Origin: Minisyncoccota bacterium
Lineage (GTDB): Bacteria > Patescibacteriota > Minisyncoccia > Phycocordibacterales > SBAW01
Direction of reading: 5' to 3'
Length of the DNA: 64,000 nt
NCBI GenBank assembly: GCA_035546615.1
Contig: DASZWM010000003.1
Coordinates: forward strand, 1 to 64,000
Shown: positions 31,896 through 41,502 of the stretch, piece after piece
How the letters are laid out: each line of letters starts with the position of its first letter
Position numbering within the stretch: the first letter of the stretch is position 1
Made by a program: the position numbers and the translations under genes
Notes under the pieces: model-generated
Database searches by the model: none
Told to the model about the DNA's origin: nothing
What the model saw: only the letters and a program-made list of their open reading frames with translations

Positions 31896-31920
31896 AATCC
31901 CGCCCTACAGGGCGGGATTT
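31896..31920 (+). terminator. intrinsic terminator after rnpB
   Basis: 'AATCCCGCCCTACAGGGCGGGATTT' is a perfect GC stem followed by a T-run. Confidence 0.7.
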
Positions 31921-31933
31921 GCGGTTCCAAAAT

Positions 31934-32413
31934 CTACAGGCCGAGAAAAACGCTGTCCGGAGCGATGCCGTGGGCGGCCGCGAAGCCCGCCGGAAGCTCC
32001 AGCACATAGCGCACCGCAAGCGGCGGGTAAAATACCTGCGGGTACGTATCGGGAGATACGTTCTCGTTTATAGAAACCACGTTTCCCGTCTCGGAAATAA
32101 AAAGTATGTCTATGGGGAACCGCATGTCCTTCATCCATATTCCCCAATCGCCGTTGTGCTCGAATGCCAAAAGCATTCCCCTGCCCTCAGGTAAAGAAGT
32201 GCGGCCCGACAGCCCCTGCTCCTCCTGAGCTTGGTCGCTGGCTACTTCCACGACAATTGTGGTCGTGCCGACGGATATTTCTTTCGTTGGGAGCATAGTC
32301 GGAACGGCAGGCATAGGATTGAAAGAATAATACAGCAAGAAAACTGCTACAGCAGCTGCGCCTATGCCGATGGCAACAAATGCCGATTTCATATCGATAC
32401 TATAACCCTTCAA
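31934..32413 (-). CDS. DUF192-family protein (secreted/anchored)
   Basis: 'GRGMLLAFEHNGDWGIWMKDMRFPIDILFISETGNVVSI' matches the DUF192 pattern. N-terminal hydrophobic segment. Confidence 0.55.
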   Translation of the reverse strand: MKGYSIDMKSAFVAIGIGAAAVAVFLLYYSFNPMPAVPTMLPTKEISVGTTTIVVEVASDQAQEEQGLSGRTSLPEGRGMLLAFEHNGDWGIWMKDMRFPIDILFISETGNVVSINENVSPDTYPQVFYPPLAVRYVLELPAGFAAAHGIAPDSVFLGL

Positions 32414-32438
32414 GTGTTGAGTTTTGCGTTAAGAGCTT

Positions 32439-32864
32439 TTACCGCCACGCGGCGATAATCGCTCCCATCGCCGCCATCGAAGCAGCCGAGCACGCGCATT
32501 CAAACAGCCACAGCTTTGCCGACCGTCCCATCCAAATGACTTCTATGGAAGAAGAGGTCACTAGGAATCCGAGCCAGACCAAGAGAGCGCAAGCGACGCC
32601 GCCCCATATTCCGGCAATGCCGAAGATCGGAGATGAAGACACAAGCAGGTAGACCACCGCAAGAACGTATGCGGTAGCCAAATTCGCCGCAAGATTCCAC
32701 GACATCTGCGGAACCATGTCGGAAAGCTTTTCCTTTCCGGTCGGATGGATATTGGCCAATTTCATCCACACCTTGCCGAAGAGGGGGCCGTGGAATAAAA
32801 AGCCCAGAACGAAAGAAGCGACTGCCGCCGCGAGCACTGCCAGATAATTTATCGGGAGGTCCAT
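32439..32864 (-). CDS. DUF1761-like membrane protein
   Basis: 'MDLPINYLAVLAAAVASFVLGFLFHGPLFGKVWMKLANI..'. Start moved to ATG 32864 so the gene does not run through tRNA-Ser. Confidence 0.5.
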   Translation of the reverse strand: MDLPINYLAVLAAAVASFVLGFLFHGPLFGKVWMKLANIHPTGKEKLSDMVPQMSWNLAANLATAYVLAVVYLLVSSSPIFGIAGIWGGVACALLVWLGFLVTSSSIEVIWMGRSAKLWLFECACSAASMAAMGAIIAAWR

Positions 32865-32911
32865 ATATAAAAGCCTAGTGATTAAGACTATACACTTAAG
32901 TATACACTCGG

Positions 32912-32996
32912 CGGAGGGTAGGAGATTCGAACTCCTGGTGGGTTGCCCCACACACGCTTTCCAAGCGTGCGCACTAGACCGCTATGCGAACCCTCC
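32912..32996 (-). tRNA. tRNA-Ser (anticodon GGA), type II
   Basis: The reverse complement 'GGAGGGTTCGCATAGCGGTCTAGTGCGCACGCTTGGAAAGCGTGTGTGGGGCAACCCACCAGGAGTTCGAATCTCCTACCCTCCG' has loop TTGGAAA and a long variable arm. Confidence 0.85.
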
Positions 32997-33028
32997 TATG
33001 CGAAGAAAATATAGCACAAAAAACGGTT

Positions 33029-33919
33029 TTATTCCCTCCCCACCAAGGCCGCGATGCGCTCCTCAATTGGTGGATGCGTCAGGAATAGTTTTGATACCGC
33101 GCTTGCAGCGGCGCGCGGGCCGAACGGATTCGATATGTACAAATGCGCAATCGCATTATTGGCGCGCTTCATGGGCGCCTGGTAGCTCCCAATCTTGCGC
33201 AGCGCGGACGCCAAGCCTTCTGGATAGCGTGTCAGCAAAGCGCCGGATGCGTCAGCGAGGAACTCGCGCTTGCGCGAGATCGCAAGCTGCAAAAGCGTTG
33301 CCATAATGGGCGCCAGCACGATAAGAGCGATGGCGACAACGGCAAGCAGCGGATTCTTGTTATCACGGTCGCCTCCCCCGCCGAGGATGCTGGAGCGCAG
33401 GAAGAAATCGGAAATAAGCGTGATGAATCCGACAAGCACCACCGCAACGGTTGAGACGAGCATGTCGCGATTGCCTACATGGGAAAGCTCGTGCGCTATA
33501 ACGCCCTCAAGCTCGGTTCGGCTCATCATGCCGAGCAACCCGGTCGTAACGGCGATGACCGCGTGCTTGGCATCGCGGCCGGTCGCGAAGGCGTTTGGCG
33601 CCGGGTCGTTGATGATGAAAATCCGCGGCTTCGGAAGCCCCGCGGTGATGGCGAGGTTCTCCACGACATTGTGGAGGTCCGGAAACTCCGCCTCGGCCGC
33701 CTCGCGCGCTCCTGCCATCGATACCACTATCTTGTCGGAGAACCAGTAGCTCGTGATATTCATGGCTACGGCAAAAATGACCGCGAATATGAGCAGTCCG
33801 GGGTTATTGAAATACCATGACACCGCCCAGCCTATCGCGATAACGACGCCGAAGAACAAAGTCATAAGGACCCAGGTTTTCGCGATGTTCTCGTCCTTAT
33901 GGGTGTAGAGAGTGGCCAT
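33029..33919 (-). CDS. htpX: M48 zinc metalloprotease HtpX
   Basis: 'AHELSHVGNRD' HExxH motif, N-terminal TM helices and a Gly-rich C-terminal tail. Confidence 0.85.
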   Translation of the reverse strand: MATLYTHKDENIAKTWVLMTLFFGVVIAIGWAVSWYFNNPGLLIFAVIFAVAMNITSYWFSDKIVVSMAGAREAAEAEFPDLHNVVENLAITAGLPKPRIFIINDPAPNAFATGRDAKHAVIAVTTGLLGMMSRTELEGVIAHELSHVGNRDMLVSTVAVVLVGFITLISDFFLRSSILGGGGDRDNKNPLLAVVAIALIVLAPIMATLLQLAISRKREFLADASGALLTRYPEGLASALRKIGSYQAPMKRANNAIAHLYISNPFGPRAAASAVSKLFLTHPPIEERIAALVGRE

Positions 33920-33974
33920 ATGGGTACACTATACCAAACCGGCGGCCATATAAAGAGAAAGGGCAGCCCGCGGG

Positions 33975-34472
33975 CTACCCAGTTGAAATAAGCAGTATTT
34001 TCTTTTCGAATCCGCCGACCCGTAAGCGCTTTTCTTGCCGGGCGCTTTCTATCTGCGCGAAGGAAAGTCCTTCCGCTCTCGCCAGGCTGATAAGCGCCCA
34101 GTAGAAGCCCGTGAGAAGCTCCGCGTAGCGGGCTCGCTCGCTGCCCGCAATGCCGGTAGCGCGGACGAAGATACGCCGCCTGAGATGCGAGCTATCGGCA
34201 TCGTACAGCTCCGGCGTGTGGACGCTCGCGTCGGGATATATGACGCATCGGCGCTCAAGCTCACGCCAGACCTCAAGGACGTCCGCGCACTCCGAAAGAA
34301 CATCCTTAGGCTCCTGGGCTTTTTCCAGCTCCTCGCTTTCTTCGGCAAGCTTCTCAACAAGCCGGGGCAGGAATTCGTCGGCGGAAAGGGGCCTCCAATC
34401 CGCCGTTTCGCCGCCACGAAGGATCTTGTCGATTATTCCGTCGCGCACGAGTTTATTGTGGTACGTCGTCAT
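33975..34472 (-). CDS. MazG-like all-alpha NTP pyrophosphohydrolase (predicted)
   Basis: An N-terminal 'YHNKLVRDGIIDKI..EEL.KA' pattern resembles house-cleaning NTP-PPase. The C-terminal half is unassigned. Confidence 0.4.
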   Translation of the reverse strand: MTTYHNKLVRDGIIDKILRGGETADWRPLSADEFLPRLVEKLAEESEELEKAQEPKDVLSECADVLEVWRELERRCVIYPDASVHTPELYDADSSHLRRRIFVRATGIAGSERARYAELLTGFYWALISLARAEGLSFAQIESARQEKRLRVGGFEKKILLISTG

Positions 34473-34516
34473 GACGATCCCCTTTCCTTTTCCGAAGGCA
34501 CTCTACCAGAAACGGC

Positions 34517-35077
34517 TTAGAACTGCACCTTCACCGGCTCGCGGGCGGCGGCCTCGTCGGCGCTCAGCTCGAAATATTCTTTTTGCTCGAAATGGAAGAC
34601 GCCGGCTATCACGTTGCCGGGGAACGACTGAAGGCCGGTGTTGAGGTCGCGCACGTTGCCGTTGTAGAAGCGGCGGGCCGCCTGGATCTTGTTCTCGGTG
34701 TCGGAAAGCTCTGTCTGGAGGCCGAGGAAATTCTGGTTCGCCTTGAGGTCCGGATACGCTTCCGCGACCGCAAAGAGCGACTTCAAAGCGCCGGACAGCA
34801 TATTCTCCGCCTGGCCCTTTTCCTCGGGCCCTTGCGCGCCCATCGCGGCAGCGCGCGCCTTCGTTACGTTCTCGAACGCCTCGCGCTCGTGCGTCGCGTA
34901 TCCTTTGACGGTCTCGACAAGATTCGGGATAAGGTCGTAGCGGCGCTTGAGCTGCACATCGATATCCGCCCATGCTTCCTTAACGCGCTGCACGAGCGTG
35001 ACGAAATGGTTGTACGAGACGATAACCCAGAACACGAGCACCGCAGCAGCTGCCAGCACTATATAGAGAGGTGTCAT
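34517..35077 (-). CDS. lemA: LemA family protein
   Basis: 'YNHFVTLVQRVKEAWADIDVQLKRRYDLIPNLVETVKGYATHEREAFENVTKAR..AEAYPDLKANQNFLGLQTEL' is the canonical LemA pattern. Confidence 0.8.
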   Translation of the reverse strand: MTPLYIVLAAAAVLVFWVIVSYNHFVTLVQRVKEAWADIDVQLKRRYDLIPNLVETVKGYATHEREAFENVTKARAAAMGAQGPEEKGQAENMLSGALKSLFAVAEAYPDLKANQNFLGLQTELSDTENKIQAARRFYNGNVRDLNTGLQSFPGNVIAGVFHFEQKEYFELSADEAAAREPVKVQF

Positions 35078-35116
35078 ATGTATATGGTATCTCAAAAAGT
35101 ATGGATGTAAAGCATC

Positions 35117-35144
35117 AAAAAACCCCGCTGATGCGGGGTTTTTT
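35117..35144 (-). terminator. intrinsic terminator after groEL
   Basis: 'AAAAAACCCCGCTGATGCGGGGTTTTTT', a perfect stem with flanking A-run and T-run. Confidence 0.75.
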
Positions 35145-35146
35145 GA

Positions 35147-36850
35147 TTAGTAGTCCATGTCGTCTCCGCCCATTCCTCCCATGCCTCCCTGCATGCCGGG
35201 GCTTCCCTTTTCTTCCTTCGGCTCCTCCGCTATCACCGCTTCGGTCGTCAACAGCATTGCCGCCGCGGATGCCGCGCGCTCCAGGCCCGTGCGCGCCACC
35301 TTGACCGGGTCAATGATGCCGGCCGCTATCATATCGGGCACCACTTCGTTCTTGACCGCGTCGTAGCCGGCGTTCCCGCTTGCCTCGCGCACCTTCTCCA
35401 CGACCACGCCCGGGTCCACGCCCGCGTTCATGGCTATCTGGCGGAGCGGCTGCTCAAGCGCCTTGATGATTATTTCGTAGCCCACGCGCTCTTCGTGGCT
35501 CATACTCGTGAGCGAAGACTCCACGACCGGCGCGATGGAGCCGCGGCGCGGCTTTATCTTGGCGAACCCTTCCACTACCTTTTGTGCCGCCTTCACGAGC
35601 GACGTGCCGCCGCCCGGAACGATACCCTCCTCAATGGCTGCCTTGGTCGCATTGACCGCGTCCTCGATCTTCAGCTTCAAATACTTCATTTCGGTCTCGG
35701 TCGCCGCGCCCACGCGGATGACAGCAACGCCGCCGGACAACTTTGCCAGGCGCTCGTTGAACTTCTCCTTGTCGAACTTGGAGTCGGTCGATTCTACCTG
35801 CGCGCGTATTTGCGCAATGCGCGCATCGATGTCTTTCTTGGCGCCCTTGCCGCCGACTATCACCGTCGAGTCCTTTGTTGCAATAACCTTGCCGGCCTTG
35901 CCAAGCATGCCAAGCGTCGCATTCTCGAACTTGACGCCGGTCTTCTCTGAAATCAGCTCGCCGCCGGTCATGATGGCGATGTCTTCGAGCATTTCCTGCT
36001 TGCGGTCGCCGTAGCCCGGCGCCTTTATCGCCAGCACGTTGAACGAGCCGCGCAGCTTGTTGAGGATAAATGTGGAGAGCGCTTCGCCGTCCACGTCGTC
36101 GGCCACGATGACCAAGTCCTTCTTGCCGGACTCCGCTACCTTCTGGAGTATCGGGAGCACTTCCTGCACGCTCGATATCTTTTTGTCGGTAATCAGTATC
36201 GGCGCGTCCTTATATACGGCTTCCATGCGGCTGGCGTCGGTCACCATGTAGGCGGACACGTAGCCGCGGTCGAACTCGAGGCCCTCTACGACCTCCTTTT
36301 CGATGCCGAGGCTCTGCGACTCTTCCACCGTCACTACGCCGTCCTTCCCCACTTCTTTAATAGTGTCGGCAATTATTGCGCCGATTTCCGCGGACTCCGC
36401 GGAAATGGTCGCGACCTGGCGTATCTCGTCGTCGTTTTGGATCTTCTTGGCAAGGCCGCGCAACGCGGCAACGGCATCGGCGGCAGCCTTCTCGATGCCG
36501 GCGCGCACGCCCATGGCATTCAGGCCCGCTTCCGTGTGCTTCATGCCTTCCTCGACTATCGCCTGAAGGAGCACGACGGAGGTCGTAGTGCCGTCGCCCG
36601 CGATGTCGTTGGTGCGGCTTGCCACTTCCTTCACTATCTCGGCGCCCATATTCTCGAACTTGTTGCTGAAAGATATCTCCTTGGCGATGGAAACGCCGTC
36701 GTTGGTGATGGTGGGGCTTCCGTAGCCCTTGTCCAGGGCGACGTTGCGGCCGCGGGGGCCGAGCGTTATCTTCACCGCGTTCGCGGCCTTGTCGATGCCT
36801 GCCTTCAGCGTCCGGCGCGCGCGCTCGTTAAAAAGGATTTGCTTTGCCAT
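35147..36850 (-). CDS. groL: chaperonin GroEL (Cpn60)
   Basis: '[37 protein letters not shown]' and the C-terminal '[13 protein letters not shown]'. Confidence 0.97.
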   Translation of the reverse strand: MAKQILFNERARRTLKAGIDKAANAVKITLGPRGRNVALDKGYGSPTITNDGVSIAKEISFSNKFENMGAEIVKEVASRTNDIAGDGTTTSVVLLQAIVEEGMKHTEAGLNAMGVRAGIEKAAADAVAALRGLAKKIQNDDEIRQVATISAESAEIGAIIADTIKEVGKDGVVTVEESQSLGIEKEVVEGLEFDRGYVSAYMVTDASRMEAVYKDAPILITDKKISSVQEVLPILQKVAESGKKDLVIVADDVDGEALSTFILNKLRGSFNVLAIKAPGYGDRKQEMLEDIAIMTGGELISEKTGVKFENATLGMLGKAGKVIATKDSTVIVGGKGAKKDIDARIAQIRAQVESTDSKFDKEKFNERLAKLSGGVAVIRVGAATETEMKYLKLKIEDAVNATKAAIEEGIVPGGGTSLVKAAQKVVEGFAKIKPRRGSIAPVVESSLTSMSHEERVGYEIIIKALEQPLRQIAMNAGVDPGVVVEKVREASGNAGYDAVKNEVVPDMIAAGIIDPVKVARTGLERAASAAAMLLTTEAVIAEEPKEEKGSPGMQGGMGGMGGDDMDY

Positions 36851-36881
36851 AGGTAAGGTAAAGAATTACGGGATAATCTGG

Positions 36882-37265
36882 TTATTTAAGTATTGCGAGG
36901 ATCTCGGATTCGGACACGAAGTAATATTCCACGCCGTTTATCTTCTCCGGCTCGCTCCACGGCTTCGTGAAGTACACGCGGTCGCCGACTTTTACGTCGA
37001 ACTGTAGCCGTTCGCCGTTCTCCCCCCGCTTGCCGGTACCGACCGCCACCACAATGCCGCGGTTGGGCTTGGTCTTGTCGACGGTCTCGGGAATAATGAT
37101 GCCGAAGGAGGTCGTGGTGCCCATTTCCTCCTCGGAGAGCGGCCGCACGAGCACTTTGTCGCCCAGCGGCATGATGCCGCTCTTGTTGACGGGCTCTGAA
37201 GCGCGCGCGGGCTTGGCTCCGGTTTTCTTAGCAGTCTTAGCCGCCTTTTTTGCCTTCTTTTTCAT
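36882..37265 (-). CDS. groS: co-chaperonin GroES with Lys-rich N-terminal extension (alternative start at MPLGDK, 37172)
   Basis: 'MPLGDKVLVRPLSEEE..GIVVAVGTG..GDRVYF' is the GroES core. The open frame continues 31 codons upstream as 'MKKKAKKAAKTAKKTGAKPARA'. Confidence 0.85.
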   Translation of the reverse strand: MKKKAKKAAKTAKKTGAKPARASEPVNKSGIMPLGDKVLVRPLSEEEMGTTTSFGIIIPETVDKTKPNRGIVVAVGTGKRGENGERLQFDVKVGDRVYFTKPWSEPEKINGVEYYFVSESEILAILK

Positions 37266-37364
37266 ATGAAATAAGGTGGTTAAAAACGTATAAAGTCGGC
37301 AGAAGTATAGATAAAATCCGCCCTATTTGTCAAACAGAAAACGTGTTGCGCTCTAGGGGAGCCC

Positions 37365-37616
37365 GTGATAACCTTGTGGGCAATGGCAGCAATAAGCGGG
37401 ATACTCCCGTACATACAGGTAGTGGTTTCCGTGCTTCTTATCGCATGCATCCTCTTGCAGCAGACGGGGGCAAGCATGGGCGGCGCGTTCGGCGGCGACA
37501 ATTTCAGCGCCGGATACCACACGCGCCGCGGTTCCGAAAAGACGTTCTTCTACGCGACGATGGTCCTCGCCGCGGTTCTTGCGGCGTTGTCATTGGCAAC
37601 CCTCTTGCTACAATAG
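37365..37616 (+). CDS. secG: preprotein translocase subunit SecG
   Basis: Two TM helices around 'LLQQTGASMGGAFGGDNFSAGYHTRRGSEKTFF', which is the SecG pattern. Confidence 0.65.
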   Translation: MITLWAMAAISGILPYIQVVVSVLLIACILLQQTGASMGGAFGGDNFSAGYHTRRGSEKTFFYATMVLAAVLAALSLATLLLQ

Positions 37617-37774
37617 AGGTTCATCGGGGCAGGCCCCGAAACTGAGTAGGACGAGCTTCGCTCGCACTCCATAATATTGAACCCATATTCACGTCGCTCG
37701 CTCGGAAATAAAAATGAGGACATTCTTATTTCTCTCACTCGCTAGCGAATAGTCAGCAAATCTAATTTATATCT

Positions 37775-39547
37775 ATGCGTTCACTTTGGCGTACTCTCTC
37801 GAGACCCGTATATATCCCGCTTGCCGACAGGGCGGAGGACACCTATCGCGCCCTTTCCCGCACCGGGCGGGCCCTTTTCATACTCCTGGCCGGCGTCATG
37901 ATAGCCAGCTGCGCGGGGCTCCTGTATCTCCTTAACGACTCGCTCATTAGGCCCGTGCCGGCGTACGGCGGCAGCGTATCGGAAGGCATCGTCGGCAGCC
38001 CGCGCTTCGTAAACCCCGTGCTCGCCGTGTCCGACGCCGACCGCGACCTTTCCATACTCATCTATTCCGGCCTCCTGCGCGCAACGCCCGAAGGCCGGTA
38101 CGTGCCCGACCTTGCCGAAAGCTATACGCTGTCCGACGACGGCCTCACGTACACGTTCGCGCTGCGCGGCAATGCCACCTTCCACGACCGCACGCCGGTC
38201 ACCGCCGACGATGTCGTATTTACCGTCGGGAAGGCGCAGAACGCGGCGATAAAAAGCCCGCTTCGCGCCAATTGGAACGGCGTCACGGTGGAGGCCGTGG
38301 ACCCGCGCACCGTGCGCTTCACCCTGCGCCAGCGCTACGCGCCGTTCATCCACAACCTCACGCTCGGCATCCTCCCGAAGCACTTGTGGCAGAACGTGAG
38401 CGACGAGGAATTCCCCTTCAGCGACCTCAATACCAGCCCCGTAGGCTCGGGGCCTTTCATGGTCGGGAACATCTCGCGCACGCCTTCCGGCATTCCCTCA
38501 AGCTACGAGCTTGACTCGTTCAGGGGCTACGCGCTCGGCGCCCCGTTCCTTTCCTCCATCGTGCTCTCTTTCTATCAAAGCGAAAGCGCGCTCGCCGACG
38601 CGCTCAAGCAGGGCGACGTGGAGGCCGGCAGCGGCCTCTCCCCCGCCATGCTCTCCGACATCCCGGGAGCCAACATAGAGCGCTCCGCGCTTAACCGCGT
38701 GTTCGGCGTCTTCTTCAACCAGAACCAGTCGGAGGTGCTGCGCGATATCGACGTCCGCCGCGCGCTTGCCGACTCCGTCGACCAGGACCGCCTGGTGAAA
38801 GAGGTGCTGGACGGCTACGGCACACCGCTCAAGGGCCCCATACCGCCCGACATTCTCCCCGGCTCGGCCCCCGCAGCTACGGAAAGCCCGGCGACCACGA
38901 GCGCCGACGCGCCGGTTATTGCGGCGCAAGACAGGCTCACGGCCAAAGGCTGGGTCAAGAACGACGCCGGAATACTCCAGAAAACCGTCGGCAAGGGAAA
39001 GGACGCCAAGACGACCGCGCTCGCCTTCTCGCTTTCGACCGGCAACGTGCCGGAACTGCGCGCCGCCGCCGAGTACCTGCGCCGCCAGTGGGGGGCTCTC
39101 GGCGCGGACGTAGACGTGAAAGTGTTCGACCAGGGCGACCTGTCGCAGAACGTCATCCGCCCCCGCAAGTACGACGCGCTCCTCTTCGGCGAGGTCGTCG
39201 GCCGCGAGCTCGACCTGTTCGCGTTCTGGCACTCGAGCCAGCGCAACGACCCGGGCCTCAACGTGGCGGCGTACGCCAACTCGACCGCGGACAAGATACT
39301 TGAGGACCTGCGCCAGACGAGCAATGACCAGGAGCGCGAAAGCCTGTACGAAAAGTTCCTGGCCGAGCTCAACCGCGACGTTCCGGCGGTATTTCTCTAT
39401 GCGCCCGATTTCGTGTATAGTATCCCTAAAGACGTGCAAGGCCTTGATCTCGGCTTTATCGAGACTCCAAGCGACCGTTTCCTCTCCGCGCCCTACTGGC
39501 ACCGGGAAGTAGACTACGTGTGGCCGCTATTCAGCCGGGGCAAATAG
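37775..39547 (+). CDS. ABC transporter substrate-binding protein, family 5 (oligopeptide/nickel type)
   Basis: 590 aa with an N-terminal TM anchor. 'YVPDLAESYTLSDDGLTYTFALRGNATFHDRTPVTADDVVFT' is typical of SBP_bac_5. Confidence 0.7.
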   Translation: MRSLWRTLSRPVYIPLADRAEDTYRALSRTGRALFILLAGVMIASCAGLLYLLNDSLIRPVPAYGGSVSEGIVGSPRFVNPVLAVSDADRDLSILIYSGLLRATPEGRYVPDLAESYTLSDDGLTYTFALRGNATFHDRTPVTADDVVFTVGKAQNAAIKSPLRANWNGVTVEAVDPRTVRFTLRQRYAPFIHNLTLGILPKHLWQNVSDEEFPFSDLNTSPVGSGPFMVGNISRTPSGIPSSYELDSFRGYALGAPFLSSIVLSFYQSESALADALKQGDVEAGSGLSPAMLSDIPGANIERSALNRVFGVFFNQNQSEVLRDIDVRRALADSVDQDRLVKEVLDGYGTPLKGPIPPDILPGSAPAATESPATTSADAPVIAAQDRLTAKGWVKNDAGILQKTVGKGKDAKTTALAFSLSTGNVPELRAAAEYLRRQWGALGADVDVKVFDQGDLSQNVIRPRKYDALLFGEVVGRELDLFAFWHSSQRNDPGLNVAAYANSTADKILEDLRQTSNDQERESLYEKFLAELNRDVPAVFLYAPDFVYSIPKDVQGLDLGFIETPSDRFLSAPYWHREVDYVWPLFSRGK

Positions 39548-39575
39548 TTTTAATAACAGAGTTAACAGACAGTAT

Positions 39576-41459
39576 ATGGAAGAAAGAAAGAAATCGTTTC
39601 CCCCGCGAAGCGGCGCGGGTGCAGCAGGCGGCGGCAGGCGCTCCGGCGGAGGCCGCCGCGGCTTCGGCGGCAAAGGCGGGCGTCCCCGCCAGGGCGGCCC
39701 CCGCCCGCACCAGGTGCATCCCCCGCGCGAGATAAAAGAAAGCTTCGCGTCCGGCAATCCGGCCGACCCGGTCATTCCGCCGCTTGAAGCCGGAAATATC
39801 CGCATCATTCCCCTGGGCGGCGTGGAGGAAATCGGCAAGAACATGACGGCGGTCGAATTCGGCGACGATATCCTTATCATCGACGCCGGCTTCCAGTTCC
39901 GCGAGGCCGACACCCCGGGCATCGACTATATCCTTCCCAACACCAAGTACCTGGAGGAGCGCAAGGACAAGATCCGCGGGCTTTTCATCACGCACGGCCA
40001 CCTCGACCACATCGGCGCCATCCCCTACATCATCGACCGCATCGGCTATCCGGAGATCTACACCCGCCGGCTCACCGCCATCATGATAAAGAAGCGCCAG
40101 GAGGAATTCCCCAACCTGAAGCCGGTCACCATACACGAGGTTGAAAAGGACGACACCGTAAAGGTCGGCGGCCTGCGCGTGCGCTTCTTCTCCGTCTATC
40201 ACACCATCCCCGACTCGATGGGCATCATCGTCGAGACGCCGTACGGCGACCTGGTCTTCACCGGCGACCTGCGCCTGGACCACGTCGACGGCGTGCCGAC
40301 CGAGACCGAAGAGAAGGAGTTCTCCTGGTTCGCCGACCGCAAGGTCCTCTTCCTCGCCGCAGACTCGACCAACTGCGAGCGCCCCGGCTTCTCGCTCCCC
40401 GAGCGCATCGTCAAGAAGAACCTCGACGAGATAATAGCCACCACCCCCGGCCGCCTCATCATCGGCACGTTCTCCAGCCAGCTCGAGCGCCTCATGCGCA
40501 TGATAGAGCAGGCCGAGAAGGTGGGCCGCAAGATACTGGTCGAGGGCCGCTCCATGAAGGTCAACATCGAGATTGTGAAGCACCTCGGCCTTCTTAAGGT
40601 GAACGAAAAGACGTTCATCGACGCCGCCCAGCTCGAAAGCCTCCCCGACAGCAAGGTGGCCATTCTCGCCACGGGCGCCCAGGGCGACGAGTTCGCCGCG
40701 CTCATGCGCATCGCTATGAAGACGCACAAGTACGTCAAGATAAAGAAGGGCGACACTGTCGTGCTCTCCTCCTCCATCGTGCCGGGCAACGAGCGAAGCG
40801 TGCAGAAGCTCAAGGACAATCTTTCCCGCCAGGGCGCGCGCATCATCCATCGCGACACCATGGACGTTCACGCCTCGGGCCACGCCAACCGCGACGAGAC
40901 CTTCTGGATACATCAGAAGATAAACCCGCGCTTCTTCATGCCCATGCACGGCTACCACTACATGCTGCGCGTCCATGCCGACATCGCCAAGGCCTGCGGC
41001 CGCAGCGAGGACGAGGTGGTCATCCCCGACAACGGCTCCGTCATCGAGATCCGCGATGAAGGCCAGAGGATAGTCCGCCTCAAGGAGAGCGCGCCCAATT
41101 CCCTGCGCCTCGTGGACGGCTTCGCGATCGGCGACATCCAGGAAGTCGTTATCCGCGACCGCAACGTCTTGGCGGCCGAAGGCATGTTCGTCATCATCGC
41201 CACGGTCAACCCCAAGAACGGCCGCCTGCGCAAATCGCCCGACATCATCTCCCGCGGCTTCGTGTACCTGCGCGAATCGCAGGAACTGCTCCAGCAGGCG
41301 CGCATCATCGTTAAAAAGACGATCGAGGACACGGCAGCCGGCCAGCAGCCCGTCAACTTCGACATGGTCAAGAACAACGTTACCGACGCGGTAGCGAAGT
41401 TCCTCTTCGAAAAAACAAACAAGCGCCCCATCGTCATCCCCGTAGTGCTGGGAGTATAA
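39576..41459 (+). CDS. rnj: ribonuclease J (metallo-beta-lactamase/beta-CASP) with RGG-rich N-terminal tail
   Basis: 'IIPLGGVEEIGKNMTAVEF..ILIIDAGFQF' and 'ITHGHLDHIGAIPY' (HxHxDH), followed by beta-CASP and C-terminal domains. The first ~60 aa are Arg/Gly-rich. Confidence 0.9.
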   Translation: MEERKKSFPPRSGAGAAGGGRRSGGGRRGFGGKGGRPRQGGPRPHQVHPPREIKESFASGNPADPVIPPLEAGNIRIIPLGGVEEIGKNMTAVEFGDDILIIDAGFQFREADTPGIDYILPNTKYLEERKDKIRGLFITHGHLDHIGAIPYIIDRIGYPEIYTRRLTAIMIKKRQEEFPNLKPVTIHEVEKDDTVKVGGLRVRFFSVYHTIPDSMGIIVETPYGDLVFTGDLRLDHVDGVPTETEEKEFSWFADRKVLFLAADSTNCERPGFSLPERIVKKNLDEIIATTPGRLIIGTFSSQLERLMRMIEQAEKVGRKILVEGRSMKVNIEIVKHLGLLKVNEKTFIDAAQLESLPDSKVAILATGAQGDEFAALMRIAMKTHKYVKIKKGDTVVLSSSIVPGNERSVQKLKDNLSRQGARIIHRDTMDVHASGHANRDETFWIHQKINPRFFMPMHGYHYMLRVHADIAKACGRSEDEVVIPDNGSVIEIRDEGQRIVRLKESAPNSLRLVDGFAIGDIQEVVIRDRNVLAAEGMFVIIATVNPKNGRLRKSPDIISRGFVYLRESQELLQQARIIVKKTIEDTAAGQQPVNFDMVKNNVTDAVAKFLFEKTNKRPIVIPVVLGV

Positions 41460-41467
41460 AATCCTAC

Positions 41468-41496
41468 TTGACTTTTTAGTCGAATAGGTATATAAT
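41468..41496 (+). promoter_or_regulatory. consensus sigma70-type promoter (TTGACT-17-TATAAT)
   Basis: TTGACT at 41468-41473, a 17-nt spacer and TATAAT at 41491-41496. No plus-strand CDS follows it. Confidence 0.5.
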
Positions 41497-41502
41497 AGAT
41501 TA

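Noticed and set aside
37266-37364. CIRCE heat-shock operator upstream of groES
   Set aside because: I searched the divergent groES/secG intergenic region for TTAGCACTC-N9-GAGTGCTAA and found nothing resembling it.
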